The notes under the pieces are model-generated. The model was not told the origin of the DNA, did no database searches, and was given only the letters and a program-made list of their open reading frames with translations. Of a DNA stretch of 64,000 nt, positions 14,343 to 25,868 are shown piece by piece. Position 1 is the stretch's first letter, and each line of letters begins with the position of its first letter. Made by a program: the position numbers and the translations under genes. Where the stretch lies: the NCBI GenBank assembly GCA_030390025.1, contig JASTWF010000033.1:1428001-1492000 (forward strand), in the 5' to 3' direction. This DNA is from Squalus acanthias (lineage: Eukaryota).

Positions 14343-14660
14343 TCTGTCTATCTGTCCCTGGCTCTGTCTACCTGCCTGTCCCTTTGTCCGTTTGCGTCTG
14401 TCTGTATCTGTCTCTCGCTGGCTTTCGCTGTCTGTCTGTATATTTGTCTGTTCCTGTATGTCTGTATGTCTGCCTGTGTCTCTGCCTGCCTTTCTGATTG
14501 TCTCGGTCTGCCTGTCTATATGTCTCAGCCTGATTTTATCTGTCTGTCTGTCTGTGTCTCTGTCAGTCTTTCTTAGTCTGTGTCACTGTCTTACTGTCTC
14601 TGTCTGCCGGTCTACCTTGTTTGTCTGTCTGTCTGTCCGTCTCTGTCTGTCTGCCCGTAT
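14343..14660. repeat. Degenerate (TCTG)n-type microsatellite / low-complexity tract
   Basis: Run of TCTG/TGTC units between two head-to-head CR1 copies. Confidence 0.9.
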
Positions 14661-14669
14661 CTTTCTGGC

Positions 14670-17600
14670 GGTCTGCACAGAGCGGGATTAAACGGAGTGG
14701 ACTTGAACAGAGTGCGTTGTTTGGGAATTTGGAAAGAGTGGGAATTTGGAAAGAGAGGGAAGGAGTTGTTGCTTTTTGCCTAAAATACTTGTAGTGTGTG
14801 TGTTACAGGTAGATGGCTAATTGCAGAACACATAACTTAATCTAGATCAAGTAAGTATTCAGGAAACTAAACTATAAACTAAGTTACCTAAATACAAATT
14901 TAATTCAATTTAATTAAATAAATCAAGGTCATATAGGGATGGCAGTGCAGGCGGTGTACCGCAACTGCAGCTTGTGGGAGTTTGTGGAGAGCATTGTGAT
15001 CACGGACAACCACGTTTGCAGTAAGTGCCTGCATCTTGAGGAACTTCAACTCAGAGTTTTTGAGCTGGAGTCTGAGGTGCAGACATTGCGGGGCATCAGG
15101 GATGGGGAGAGTTACCTGGACAATTGGATCCGGGAGGCAGTCACACCCCTTAGGTTAGGTAGTGGTACAGGTCTGGTTAGTGGTCAGGACCAGGGAGGTG
15201 TGACTGCAACTCAGCCAGGTAAGGGGACCACAGGTGCAGTGCTGGAGGAGCCTCAGTCTTTCTACTGTCCAATAGGTATGAGGTTGTTGCTGCCTGTGTG
15301 GATGAGGGAACAGCCTGCAGGATGGGTGAGCAAGCTGACCATGGCACCATGGTGCAGGAGGCCATTCAAGTCGGGGAGTGAAAGGGAATGTAGTTGTGGT
15401 AGGGGTCAGTAAAGTGTGGGTGATAGATACAGTTCTCTGCAGCCGCGACCAAGAGTTCCTAAGTTGTGTTGCCTGTGCGCTATCAGGGTTAAAGACGTCT
15501 CCTCGCGACTGGAGGAGAACTTTTAGTGGGAGGGGAAGGATCCCGTTGTCGTGGTCCAGTTAGGAATCAATGACATAGGTAGAACTAGGAATGAGGTTCT
15601 GCTGAGGGAGTTTGAGGAGCTAGGACCAATTTAAAAATCAGAACCTCAAAGGTAATGATCTCTGGAATTTTACCTGAGCTGTGCGCAAATTGACATAGGG
15701 ACACACAGATCACAGGTTAAAATACGTGGCTCAAAGTGTGGTGTGGGAGGAAGGGGTTTCAGTTCATGGGGCACTGGCACCAGTACTGGGGAAAGGAGGA
15801 GCTGTTCTGTTGGCGAACCAAATAACTGGGGCAGTAGACAGGGCTTTAAACTAATGAAGGGGGCGGGAAGATTCAGGAAAGAGTAAATTTAAAATCAGCG
15901 AGAGAAATGTCAAGGCTCTCGTGCAGAGCAGAGTTTTGGGTAAACTAAGCAGAATGGGTCAGGAAGGGACAGAGAGAGTAACAAACGTAATAAGGCATCA
16001 GAGACTAAGGTGGCATCAGGGAAACATAGAAATAAGTCAAAGCTAAAGGCACTATATCTGAATGAGTGAAGCATTTGCAACAAAATAGATGAATTAATAG
16101 CGCATATAGACATTAAAAGGTTTGACCTAATAGCCATAACGGAGACGTGGTTGAAAAGTGGCCACAGTTGGGAACGAAATATTCCAGGATACATAACTGT
16201 TAGAAGTGATAGGCAAAATGGAAAAGGAGGAGGGCAAGCCCTGATAATAAAGGATGGGATAAAAACAGGAGAGACAAAGGATCTTAGCTACAAAATCAAG
16301 AAGTAGAATCAGTTTCGGTGGAGCTGAGAAAACGCAAGTGGCAGAACATGTTGGTGGGAGTTGTTTATAGGCTCCCAAAAAGTAATTATTATGTAGGGCA
16401 GAGTATTAATCAAGAAATTAGAGATGCATGTAACAAGGATAATATAGTAATCATGGGGGACATTAATCTACATATAGACTGGGCAAACCAAATTTACAGT
16501 AATAGTGTGGAGGACGAATTTATGCAATGTATGCCAGATATATTTCTAGATCAGTATGCTGAGGAACCAACTAGGGAACAGGCTATTTTGGATCTAGTAT
16601 TGTGCAATCAGAAAAGATTAATTAATAACTTTGTAGTAAAGGGTCCTTTAGGGAAGAGTGGCCATGATATGATAGAATTTTAGATTAAGTTTGAAAGTGA
16701 CTTGGCAAACTACGTAGGTATGAGGGACGAGTAGGCTAACGTAGATTGGAAAACTACATTAAAAGGTATGTCAGTGGACGAGCAATGGCCAGCATTTAAA
16801 TAATTAATACAACATTTACAACGAATATACATTCCTTTAAGGCACACAAACCCCACAGGAAAAGTGGTCCAACCCTGGCTAACAAGAGAAGTTAAATATA
16901 GTATTAGATCAAAGAAAGAGGCTTATAATGCTGCCAAAAATGTAGTGATACTGAGGATTGGGAGGATTTTAGAATTCAGCAAAGGAGGACCAAGAAATTG
17001 ATAAAGAAAGGGAAAATAGAATATGATGGTAAACTAGCAGAAGACATAAAACAAACTGTTAAAGCTTCCATAGGTATGTAAAAAGGAAAAGATTAGCAAA
17101 AGCAAATGTGGCTCAATTACAGGCTGAGACAGCAGAAATTATAATGGGAAATCAGGAAATGGCAAAAGAAATTGAACAAATTATTTCTGTCTGTCTTCAT
17201 GGAATAAGATAAAAGACTTCCTGGAAATAATGGACAATCAAGGGCTAGCAAGAATGAGGAACTGAAATATATTAATATTAGTAAAAAGGTAGTACTGGAG
17301 ATCTTAATGGGACTGAGAGCCGATAAATCCCCTGGACCAGATGGCCTGCATCCGAGGGTTTTCAAAGATTTGGCTATAGCGACAGTAGATGAATTGGTTA
17401 TCAGTTTCCAAAATTGCAGATTGTAGAATGATTCCCGAGGATTGGAAGTTAGTAAATGTAACCACATTATTTAAGAAAGGAGGGAGAGAGAAAACAGGGA
17501 AATGCAAATCAGTTAGCCTGACATCAGTAGCAGGGAAAATGCTAGAATCTGTTATTAGGAAAGTGGGAACAGGGCACTTAGCAAATAATAATAGGATCAG

Positions 17601-18106
17601 GCAGAGTCATAACTGATTTATGAAAGGGAAATCGTGTTTAACAAACTTTTAGACTTTTTTGAGATTGTAATAGATATGGGGAACCAGTGGATGTGGTGTA
17701 TTTGGATTTTCAGAATGCATTCGATAAAGTGCCACAGAAGAGTTTTTAAACAAAATTAGGGCTTATGGGATTCGGGGTAATATAGTAGCATGGATTGAGG
17801 ATTGGTTAACGGAGAGAAAACAGAGAGTAGGAATAAATGGGTCATTTTCGGTTTGGCACTAGTGTGGTAATGCGAGGATCAGTGCTTGGGCCTCAGCTAT
17901 TCACAATCTCCATCAATGATTTGGATGAGGGGACCAAATTTAATATATCCAAGTTTCCTGATGATACAAAGCTCGGTGGGAATGTAAGTTGTGAGAAGGA
18001 TGCAGGGAGGCTTCAAGGGAATATAGATAGGTTAAATGAATCGGCAAGAACATGGCAAATAGAGAATAATGTGGAGAAATGTGAAGTTATCCACTTTGGT
18101 AGGAAA
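14670..18106 (+). mobile_element. CR1 LINE with 5' UTR, ORF1 (Zn-finger/leucine zipper + SGNH esterase) and disrupted ORF2 (APE endonuclease + RT); 3' end missing
   Basis: ORF1 at 14939 (NCSLWEF...HVCSKCLHLEELQLRVFELE), then an esterase-like segment. EN motifs ITETW, GVVYR and PTREQAILDLVL; RT motifs [16 protein letters not shown] and KFPDDTK. Many stops and frameshifts. Confidence 0.9.
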
Positions 18107-18700
18107 TATAGAAACATACAAAATAGGAGCAGGAGTAGGCCATTCGGCCCTTCGATTCTGCTCCGTCATTCAATATAATCATGGCTGATCCTCTATCTCA
18201 ATATCACATTCCCGCTCTTTCCCCATACCCCTTGATGCCTTTTGTGTCTCGAAATCTATCTATCTCCTTCTTAAATATATTCAGTGACTTGGCCTCACAG
18301 CCTTCTGTGGGAGAGAATTCTAAAGGTTCACCACCCTCTGAGTGAAGAGATTTCTCCTCATCTCAGTCCTAAATGTCCTACCCCGTATCCTGAGAATGTG
18401 ACAACTCGTCCGAGAGCCCCCAGCCAGGTGAAACATCCTCTCTTCATTCAGTCTGTCTAGCCCTGTCAGAATTTTATACGTTTCACTGAGATCCGCTCTG
18501 ATTCTTCTAAACTCGAGAGAATGCAGGCCTAGTCGACCCAATCTCTCCTCAAACGACAGTCCTGCCATTTCAGGAATCAGTCGAGTGAACCTTAGCTGCA
18601 CTCCCTCGATGGCAAGTATATCCTTTCTGAGGTAAGGAGACCAAAACAGCACACAGTACTCCAGGTGTGGTCTCACCAAGGCCCTGTATAACTGTAGTAA
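18107..18700 (-). mobile_element. CR1 LINE 3' fragment with (TAGAAACA)-type tail
   Basis: ORF 18320-18679 reads RPHLEYCVLFWSPYLRKD...RFTRLIPEMAGLSFEERLGRLGLHSLEFRR. The 3' UTR and tail resemble those at 39548. Confidence 0.92.
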
Positions 18701-20340
18701 GCCAAATATAGAGGAAAAAACAAGTCAGCCTCGAAGGCAGAGCAAATATGTAACGGCACAAGGGAGTATGGCAAGGCTGGATGGCATTTATTTTAATGCA
18801 AGGAGTCTTGCGAGTAAGGCAGATGAATTGAAGGTGTTGATGAACACATGGGAGTATGATATTGTTGCTATCACAGAGACATGGCTGAGGGAGGGGCAGG
18901 ACTGGCAGCTCAATATTCAGGTGTATAGAATCTTCAGGCGAGACAGACGGGGTGTAAAAGAGGAGGGGGTTTCGCAATATTAATCAAGGAGTAAATTACT
19001 GCTGTCAGGAGGGATGATATCTTAGCAGGTTCCTCTAATGAGGCCATATGGGTAGAACTTAAAAACGAAAAGGGTGCAAGCACTTTGCTGGGAGTGTACT
19101 ATAGGCCCCCAAACAGTCACCGGGAGATAGAGGAACAGATATGTAGGCAAATCTCAGAGAAGTGTAGAAATAATAGGCTAATAATATTGGGAGATTGCAA
19201 CTTCCCCAATATTAACTGGGATAGTCAGAGTGTGAAAGGCTGAGAGGGTGCAAAATTCTTAAAGTGCATCCAGGAGAGCTTTTTGAGCCAGCATGTAGAA
19301 AGTCCTACAAGAGAGCGGGCGGTACTGGACCTAATTCTAGGGAACGTAGCCGGGCTAGTGGTAGAAGTGTCAGTAGGAGAGCATTTTGGTGAGAGTGACC
19401 ATAATTCGGTGAGATTTAAGGTAGTCATGAAAAGGACAAAGATGGCCCGGAAATAAAGGTTCCAAATTGAGGGAAGGCAGATTTTAATATGATAAGGCAG
19501 GATCTGGCCAACGTGTACTGGGATCAGCTCCTTGTAGGAAAATCCACATCAGAGCAGTGGGAGTCTTTCAGAAAGGAAATAGAGAGAGTACAATGCCAAC
19601 ATGTTCCCATAAAGGGCAAGGGTGGGACCTACAATCTCAGGGAGCCCTGGATGCAAGGGATATACAAGGATGGATTAGGAAAAAAAGTAAAGCTTTTGGC
19701 AGGTACAAAGGACTAAAAACAGTGGAAGCCCTAGAGGAGTATAGAAAATGCAGTGGGGTACATAAAAAAAGAAATTATGAGAGCAAAGAGGGGGCATGAA
19801 AAAACATTGGCGGGCAAAATAAAGGAAAATCCCAAGGTGTTTTATATATATATTAAGGGCAAGAGGTAATCAGGGAAAGAGTGGGGCCCATAAGGGACCA
19901 AAGTGTGTGGAGCCAGAAGATGTAGGTGAGGTTTTAAATGAATATTTTGCATCTGTGTTCACTATGGAGAAGGACGATGCAGGCATAGAAATCAGGCAGG
20001 GGTTTGGGATATACTTGACCAAATTAGTATTGAGAGGGAGGAGGTACTAGCGGTTTTAGCGTGGTAAAAAGTCGTTAAATCCCCAGGCCCAGACGAGATG
20101 TATCCCAGGTTGCTGTCTGAGGCAAGGAAGGAGATTGCAGGGGCTCTGACACAAATTTTCAGAACAGCTCTGGCCAAAGGGGAGGTGGCAGAAGACTAGA
20201 GAACAGCTAACGTAGTACAATTATTCAAGTAGTGTATTAGGGATAAACCAGGGAATTACAGGCCAGTGATCCTTACATCAGTGGTAGGGAAATTATTGGA
20301 AAAAATTCTGAAGGACAGAATTAGTCTCAACTTGGAGAAA
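18701..20340 (+). mobile_element. CR1 LINE ORF2 fragment (endonuclease to start of RT), different subfamily
   Basis: YFNARSL, YDIVAITETWL, GVYYRPP, SDHN, KSPGPDEMYPR and NYRPV motifs, with stops. Confidence 0.88.
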
Positions 20341-21175
20341 TGTGAGAAGTCGCACAACACCAGGTGATAGTCCAACAGCTTTATTTGAAATCACAAGCTT
20401 TCGGAGCGCTGTTCCTTCGTCAGGTGAATTGAAGAGATACAGATAGGCACAGCATTTATAGTCAGAGAACACAGCCAGATGATTACAGTTAATCTTTCCA
20501 ACTGCCCTTTATCACACCTCGGCAGAGAGATAATCACGGCAATCAAAGGTTTGGATGGTGTCCAAACAGGTCAGTCAGCAAAACATTACATCAAAGACAA
20601 TGTGGCAGATGCTGGGGTCTGTATGGAAAAGAAATAACGTTTTTTGCTGGAAATCACAGCAGGTCCGGCCGCATCTGTGTAGTGAGAACAAGCCAACGAC
20701 GACTCGAGTCTGGATGACACTCCGTCAGGTGGGGTTACATGTAGCGTGACATGAACCCAAGATCCCGGTTGAGGCCGCCCTCATGGGTGTACAACTTGGC
20801 TATCAGTTTCTGCTCGACGATTTTGCGTTGTCATGTATCTCGAAGGCCGCCTTGGAGAACGCTTACCCGAAGATCGGAGGCTGACTCTCCTTGACTGCTG
20901 AAGTGTTCCCCGACTGGGAGCGAACACTCCTGCCTGGCGATTGTTGCGATGTGTCCGTTCATACGTTGTCGCAGTGTCTGCATGGTCTCGCCGATGTACC
21001 ATGCTCCGGGGCATCCTTTCCTGCAATGTATGAGGTAGACAGCGTTGGCCGAGTCACATGAGTATGTACCATGTACCTGGTGGGTGGTGTCATCACGTGT
21101 GATGAAGATGTCTGTGTTGATGATCTGGCATGTCTTGCAGAGGTTGCCGTGGCAGGGTTGTGTGGTATCGTGGTC
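20341..21175 (-). mobile_element. Penelope-like retroelement 3' part (GIY-YIG endonuclease + pseudo-LTR)
   Basis: The minus strand reads PCHGNLCKTCQII...GTYSCDSANAVYLIHCRKGCPGAWYIGETMQTLRQRMNGH...GGLNRD, a Penelope-type GIY-YIG with Cys-rich linker. Confidence 0.88.
20391..20427 (-). ncRNA. Minimal type I hammerhead ribozyme motif in the Penelope pseudo-LTR
   Basis: UCAC-CUGACGA-A-GGAAC AGC GCUCC-GAAA-GC-UU-GUGA: stem I UCAC/GUGA, intact core, stem II with one mismatch, palindromic AAGCUU stem III. Confidence 0.75.
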
Positions 21176-21699
21176 TCAATCCTCAATAAACTCTTTTAAA
21201 AGATGAACAATTGTTCTAACTGATTCATCAACTCTCTGTTTCAGACTGAAGGAAATCCTAACATGGTTTCCGAGTGACAGGCAAACTTTCATCAGTCTTT
21301 TGTCTTTTGTTTGTGATGCATTTTCATCAGTTCTCATTTTACAGACGGTATTTGAGGAGTAGGTTAAAACTATACAGTCTTTATCACAAAAGGAATCTGG
21401 AGCGTGATAATTGCTGCAGTCCCGAACCCTCCGCTCAGTTTGTCAGCCGTGAGTCAGAAGGATGTGTTAAGGGAGAAGGTGAACTGCTGACTCACCTCTC
21501 TCTGCACTGATTGAGGTTGTGTTTCTTCACCGTCAAACAACTATGACGTGTGACCAAGACTCCTCAAAGCTTACGGCTTTAAGGATCGTCTTAAAGGAGG
21601 ACACGGAAGGTTTTGGGCAGGACATTCCAGAGAGTGAGGCACAGGTTATGGCAGACTATTTGTAGTGTGCAGAGAATGGCGGATGCACAAGAGGTCGGA

Positions 21700-21980
21700 G
21701 TCATAGTATCATAGAATCTTAGGAAAATTGAATCAGACAGAACAGAAGGAGGCACTTCGGTCGACCCTGCCTGTGCCGGCTCTTTGAAAGAACTGTCAAT
21801 GTTGTCCCACACCCCAGTTGATCCCCCCATAACCCTGCAAATTAGATCTCTTCAAACACATGTCCAATTGCCTTTTGAAAGTTGCCATGGAATCTGATTC
21901 CACCATCCTTTCCGGCAGTGCATTCCAGATCACAGCAACACTCTGTGTAAAGAATATGTTACCGCAGATCGCCACTGGTT
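21700..21980 (-). mobile_element. CR1 3'-end fragment
   Basis: NIFFTQSVAVIWNALPERMVESDS...FKRQLD, followed by CR1 3' UTR and a CATAG-type tail. Confidence 0.8.
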
Positions 21981-22650
21981 CTTTTTTGACCAGGATCAGA
22001 CACCATCGGTCCCCAGGGCATGGCCGTCCTAATTCTGGGACGCCAGCTATTTTTGTTCGTACAGGGTTTTGACTGCAACGCCGCAGAGGGAAATGAAGAA
22101 GTGGCGGTTGTAATCTCTGACAAAATTCACCTCGGTTTGAAATGTTTAAGTATCTGACCGTTTCTGTTCCATTCAATGTTTTACCATTCATTGTACAATA
22201 CTTGAAGGGAAAACATTGCAGGGCTCTGGGGAAAGAGCAGGGGAGTGGGAATAATTAGATAGCTCTTTCTCTTTTTGAAATTGGAAGTAGAACAGAATAG
22301 ACTAGGAAAACACAGGGTCAGCGATAGGATTCAAATTGCAATTTCAATCGGTCTGTCTGGGTGCCCTTTTAAAAGAAACCGCGCCTCCAAACATGTCCTC
22401 GACCATGTTCTGATAGTGGAAACTGAGACAGGGACATAGAAAGAGAAATAGAAGTACAGTATAATATACAAGAGGAAGAGAGATGAGAAACAAAACCTGT
22501 TTCTACTCAGAACTAATGCAGAAACTCCTCTGCTGCGCTCGGGGTGGCCTCCTGCAGCCTGAATACATTAATGTGCTAACAGCTCATTCACTGTAGGAGA
22601 GGAACCGTCCGGCGCTTTAAACGGTAGCTGGAAAAGGCAAAATCAATATT

Positions 22651-23414
22651 GGGCAAGAAATTCGGGTCCCCACGGGTGAGTACGCGCTGTGTACTCACCC
22701 TTAAGGCCAACGAAAGTGCCAGTTTCGCGCATGCACTGCGCATGCGCTGGAAACCGGAACTTCAGTTCCCTTGAAGGAAGGGGTTAACAGGTCAAACGCG
22801 TGCCCCGGAGAGGCAGTGGGTAGACCTGGAACTTCCGCTTTTTTTACAGGTTTCTCCGTGCAGGTATGTCCCTAGCAGCTGCGCGTGGAAAAAGTAGGTG
22901 CAAGGCTTGCTTTTAACAAGGTGAGAGGTGAATTAAGTAAAATGTAATCATTTTTTCCACAGGTTTATCATTTTAAAATACTTTAACGAAAGGTAAGTTT
23001 ATTTTTAGCCCCGTTAAAAACTTTAATTAATTTCTTTAAAAATTAAAATTTTTGTTTAAAATGGTTAATTTATGTAATTTATAGTTAGTTTAAAAAAGTG
23101 ATGATTTTTTTAAATTTATTTGAAGTTTTACTTAGGTTTTAGTGCCGATCTCTATTCATAGATTTGACAGGTCTTCCTGGCAAATCGATGAATGGAGATT
23201 CCCTGCTCCGATTGGCTCCCCATGGCCCACGTGATCCCAGAAGACGATTCGAACTGGTTGCGCCCCTGGGATACGCAAGCACTGCACACGGGCAGCTGAA
23301 GGAGGCCCAGGATCGGAATCCCACGCGGGGCTGCAGCACAACGGCAGGCGCGCTACGTAAGTGCAGTTCGTGGGTTTGTGCTCGCGGGAAGCCTCCAACC
23401 CGAATTTCTGGGCC
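22651..23414 (+). mobile_element. Harbinger-family MITE (764 bp)
   Basis: TIRs GGGCAAGAAATTCGGG / CCCGAATTTCTGGGCC. The first ~110 bp closely match the left end of the 34568-38682 element. No coding capacity; TSD imperfect (ATT / AAA). Confidence 0.82.
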
Positions 23415-23514
23415 AAAATTGACTCGGTCTCAAGTGCGCTGCTTATCAAGAATAGCCACGCTTTTAACATGGGTTTACAATGGTTATGTCTAACTCAGTT
23501 AATCTTAAACAGTC

Positions 23515-23603
23515 GGTTCGTTGCTCTAGGGGTATGATTCTCGCTTAGGACTTTGTGGGTTAAATTTGCTACAGTTACCGGGTTCAAATTCTGGAATGAG
23601 CTC
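23515..23603 (+). pseudogene. tRNA-Pro(AGG) relic with a 16-nt insertion 3' of the anticodon
   Basis: GGTTCGTTGCTCTAGGGGTATGATTCTCGCTTAGG matches the vertebrate tRNA-Pro 5' half. B-box CCGGGTTCAAATTCTGG; TTTT at 23607. Confidence 0.8.
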
Positions 23604-23646
23604 TCATTTTGCCCGCGACTTTTGAACTTGCATTTGAAATTCTTGT

Positions 23647-23790
23647 AAGGAAAGACTTACATCGATATCGCGCCTTTCACGACCCCAGGATGTCCCAAAG
23701 CGCTTTATAGACATTAAAGTACATTTGAAGTGTAGTCACTGTTGTAATGTGGGAAAAGATGTGGCTAAATAACCCCACAAGAATCTCCAC
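23647..23790 (-). mobile_element. DeuSINE/L2-type 3' tail fragment
   Basis: Reverse complement of the AAAGCGCTTTGGGACATCC...GTGAAAGGCGC tail also present at 31945-32000. Confidence 0.7.
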
Positions 23791-24309
23791 TCTTTGAGAA
23801 GCATTTCGGTGCCAAAAATCAGGCGCCTCAAAAACTTGGATTTTCTTTGAATGAGCTCTGCGAGCAATTGCACTCGATCTTGAAACAGCACCTGGGATTT
23901 CATCTCGCGGGAGCAGAGTGTGGTCGCTCTATAGCGCTCAGCATGTAGGTGACGAGGATGGGGTGGACGTGCCTCTTTATTAATCTTTGAAATTTCACCA
24001 GGGGCCAGAGAAAAGAAACGGTGAATCGAACTGTCCCTGTGAGCGATGGGTTGAAGGGAACGGCGCTCCATCACAGCTGGAAAACTTTCAGTAATAGAGT
24101 TCGCAGCATTAAATGACAGATTTATTACCTTGTGCGGTTTTGCCGAAGAATTGAAAGACTATACATTCCGAACTCGATATACAAGTTCATCAGACCTTAC
24201 TCGGATTGTGATGTATCTGTTCCAAATATCACTTTTTATACCTTTTTTTACACCATCTACGTGACAGTTTGCAGTTTCATATTATTACCTAATACAACTG
24301 CCCAACTTG

Positions 24310-24410
24310 GTTCTAATGGAAGATCATTGACCTGAAACGTTAACATCGCTTCTCTCTCCACATATGCTGCCTGAACTGTTGAGTGTTTCCAGCATTTTCT
24401 ATTTTTATTC
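24310..24410 (+). mobile_element. Penelope-type pseudo-LTR fragment with a decayed hammerhead motif
   Basis: GTTCTAATGGAAGATCATTGACCTGAAACGTTAAC...GCTGCCTGAACTGTTGAGTGTTTCCAGC is homologous to 30842-30938. Confidence 0.6.
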
Positions 24411-24599
24411 CCCAACCTGGTTACCAGAGTATCACTTCCCTTATCACCTAACTACAGTCCTTCCTCATATGTAGCCTTGTCCGACAAGCTCCTTTCGCAC
24501 AACGGCAGGATCTGCTTCAGACTTTAATTGGAACTGTGACTTTTTGTCTTGGTAACAATAACAAATTGTAACATCGCAAACTGATATAGTTTATCACAC

Positions 24600-25115
24600 C
24601 AACACAGCACCGCAAACTGATACAGAATCTAAAAGCAATATAGTACCTAAAACTAATACAGCACTTCAAACTAATACAGCCCCTCAAACTAATACAGCCC
24701 CTCAAACTAATACAGCCCCTCACACCAATACAGCCCCTCAAACTAATACAGCCCCTCAACCTAATACAGCCCCTCAAACTAATATAGCCCCTCACACCAA
24801 TACAGCCCATCAAACTAATACAGCATCTCAAACTAATACAGCCCCTCAAACTAATACAGCCCCTCAAACTAATACAGCCCCTCAAACTAATACAGCACCT
24901 CAAACTAATACCGCCCCTCAATCTAATACAGCACCTCAAACTAATACAGCACCTCAACCTAATACCGCCCCTCAACCTAATACAGCACCTCAAACTAATA
25001 CAGCCCCTCAAACTAATACAGCATCTCAAGCTAATACAGCCACTTAAACTAATACAGCCCCTCAAACTAATACAGCCGCTTAAACTAATACAGCCCCTCA
25101 AACTGATATAGAATC
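24600..25115. repeat. 18-bp minisatellite (CTCAAACTAATACAGCCC)n, ~26 copies
   Basis: Clear 18-bp period with degenerate edges; it explains the CISLRG ORF at 24517-25182. Confidence 0.95.
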
Positions 25116-25149
25116 TGAAACATGGTAAACGCTGAACCAGTTTCCCCTT

Positions 25150-25495
25150 AATTCTCAGGTTTATGAGTGAACCGAGCATCAAAAGACTGAGAGAACCTTC
25201 TTACTGATTCTTTTGCTAATTAATTTAATATGTGTTATCTGCTGAGCAAAACTTCTGCCACTGCAATAGGCTTTCCTATTGACTTTATTTATACTCTTCA
25301 TGAAGTTGAACACATCTGCACAATCTCTCTCCAACCTTCTCTTGTCTAAGGAGAACAACCCCTTTTTCTCAACAACTCCACGTAACTGAAGTCTCGCATC
25401 CTTTCTGAAGCGTAGTACCCGAATTGGACACAATGCTCCAAAGGTGCAGCATAACGTCCTTGCTTTGGCTCTCAAGGGTCCCTTTTGCTTTCCTA
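25150..25495 (-). mobile_element. Old CR1 ORF2 C-terminal fragment
   Basis: GLFSLDKRRLERD...VFNFMK motif. Confidence 0.6.
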
Positions 25496-25650
25496 ACACA
25501 AGCCAAAATGCAGCGGCTGCTGGAAGTTTGAATTAAAAGAGAAATTGCTGGAAGTACTCAGCCGCTGTATTCTTTATTTTGTTCATAAAATGAATTCATT
25601 TGTAAAATATTTATTCAATTTTAATGGGGAAGGTTTTAAAAAAAAAAATT

Positions 25651-25704
25651 CCGGTTTCGAAGCGTTAATTATATCGCGTCCTCGGCGAACGTGATAACGG
25701 AAAC
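25651..25704 (-). pseudogene. Heavily decayed tRNA-Val relic
   Basis: Minus strand GTTTCC..GTTATCACGTTCGCC....ACGCGA...TTCGAAACCGG, followed by a long T run. Confidence 0.6.
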
Positions 25705-25806
25705 TCTGCGCGACGAACAAGGTAAGAACATCGCAGAAGAGAACCGCGGTCAAGAGATTCAGGTCCGAGATTAACTTTTGCATTAAAACAGTTATAATTT
25801 ATGCAG

Positions 25807-25868
25807 ACCCGGCTAGCTCAGTCGGTAGAACTATAAGAGTGTCATGGGTTCAAGCCCTAGGTTGGGCG
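25807..25868 (+). pseudogene. tRNA-Lys(CTT) relic with anticodon arm replaced
   Basis: CCCGGCTAGCTCAGTCGGTAGA ... GTCATGGGTTCAAGCCCTAGGTTGGGCG, then TTTTT. Confidence 0.82.

Noticed and set aside
21230..21365. Small exon-like segments after TTTCAG/TTACAG acceptors
   Set aside because: Poor donor sites and no recognisable product.
24152..24222. U3-like (AAGACTATAC) and U2-like (GTATCTGTTC) words
   Set aside because: Only ~10-nt matches with no extension.
24517..25182. 221-aa Cys-rich CISLRG protein (keratin-associated-like)
   Set aside because: It is the translation of an 18-bp minisatellite, with no supporting gene structure.
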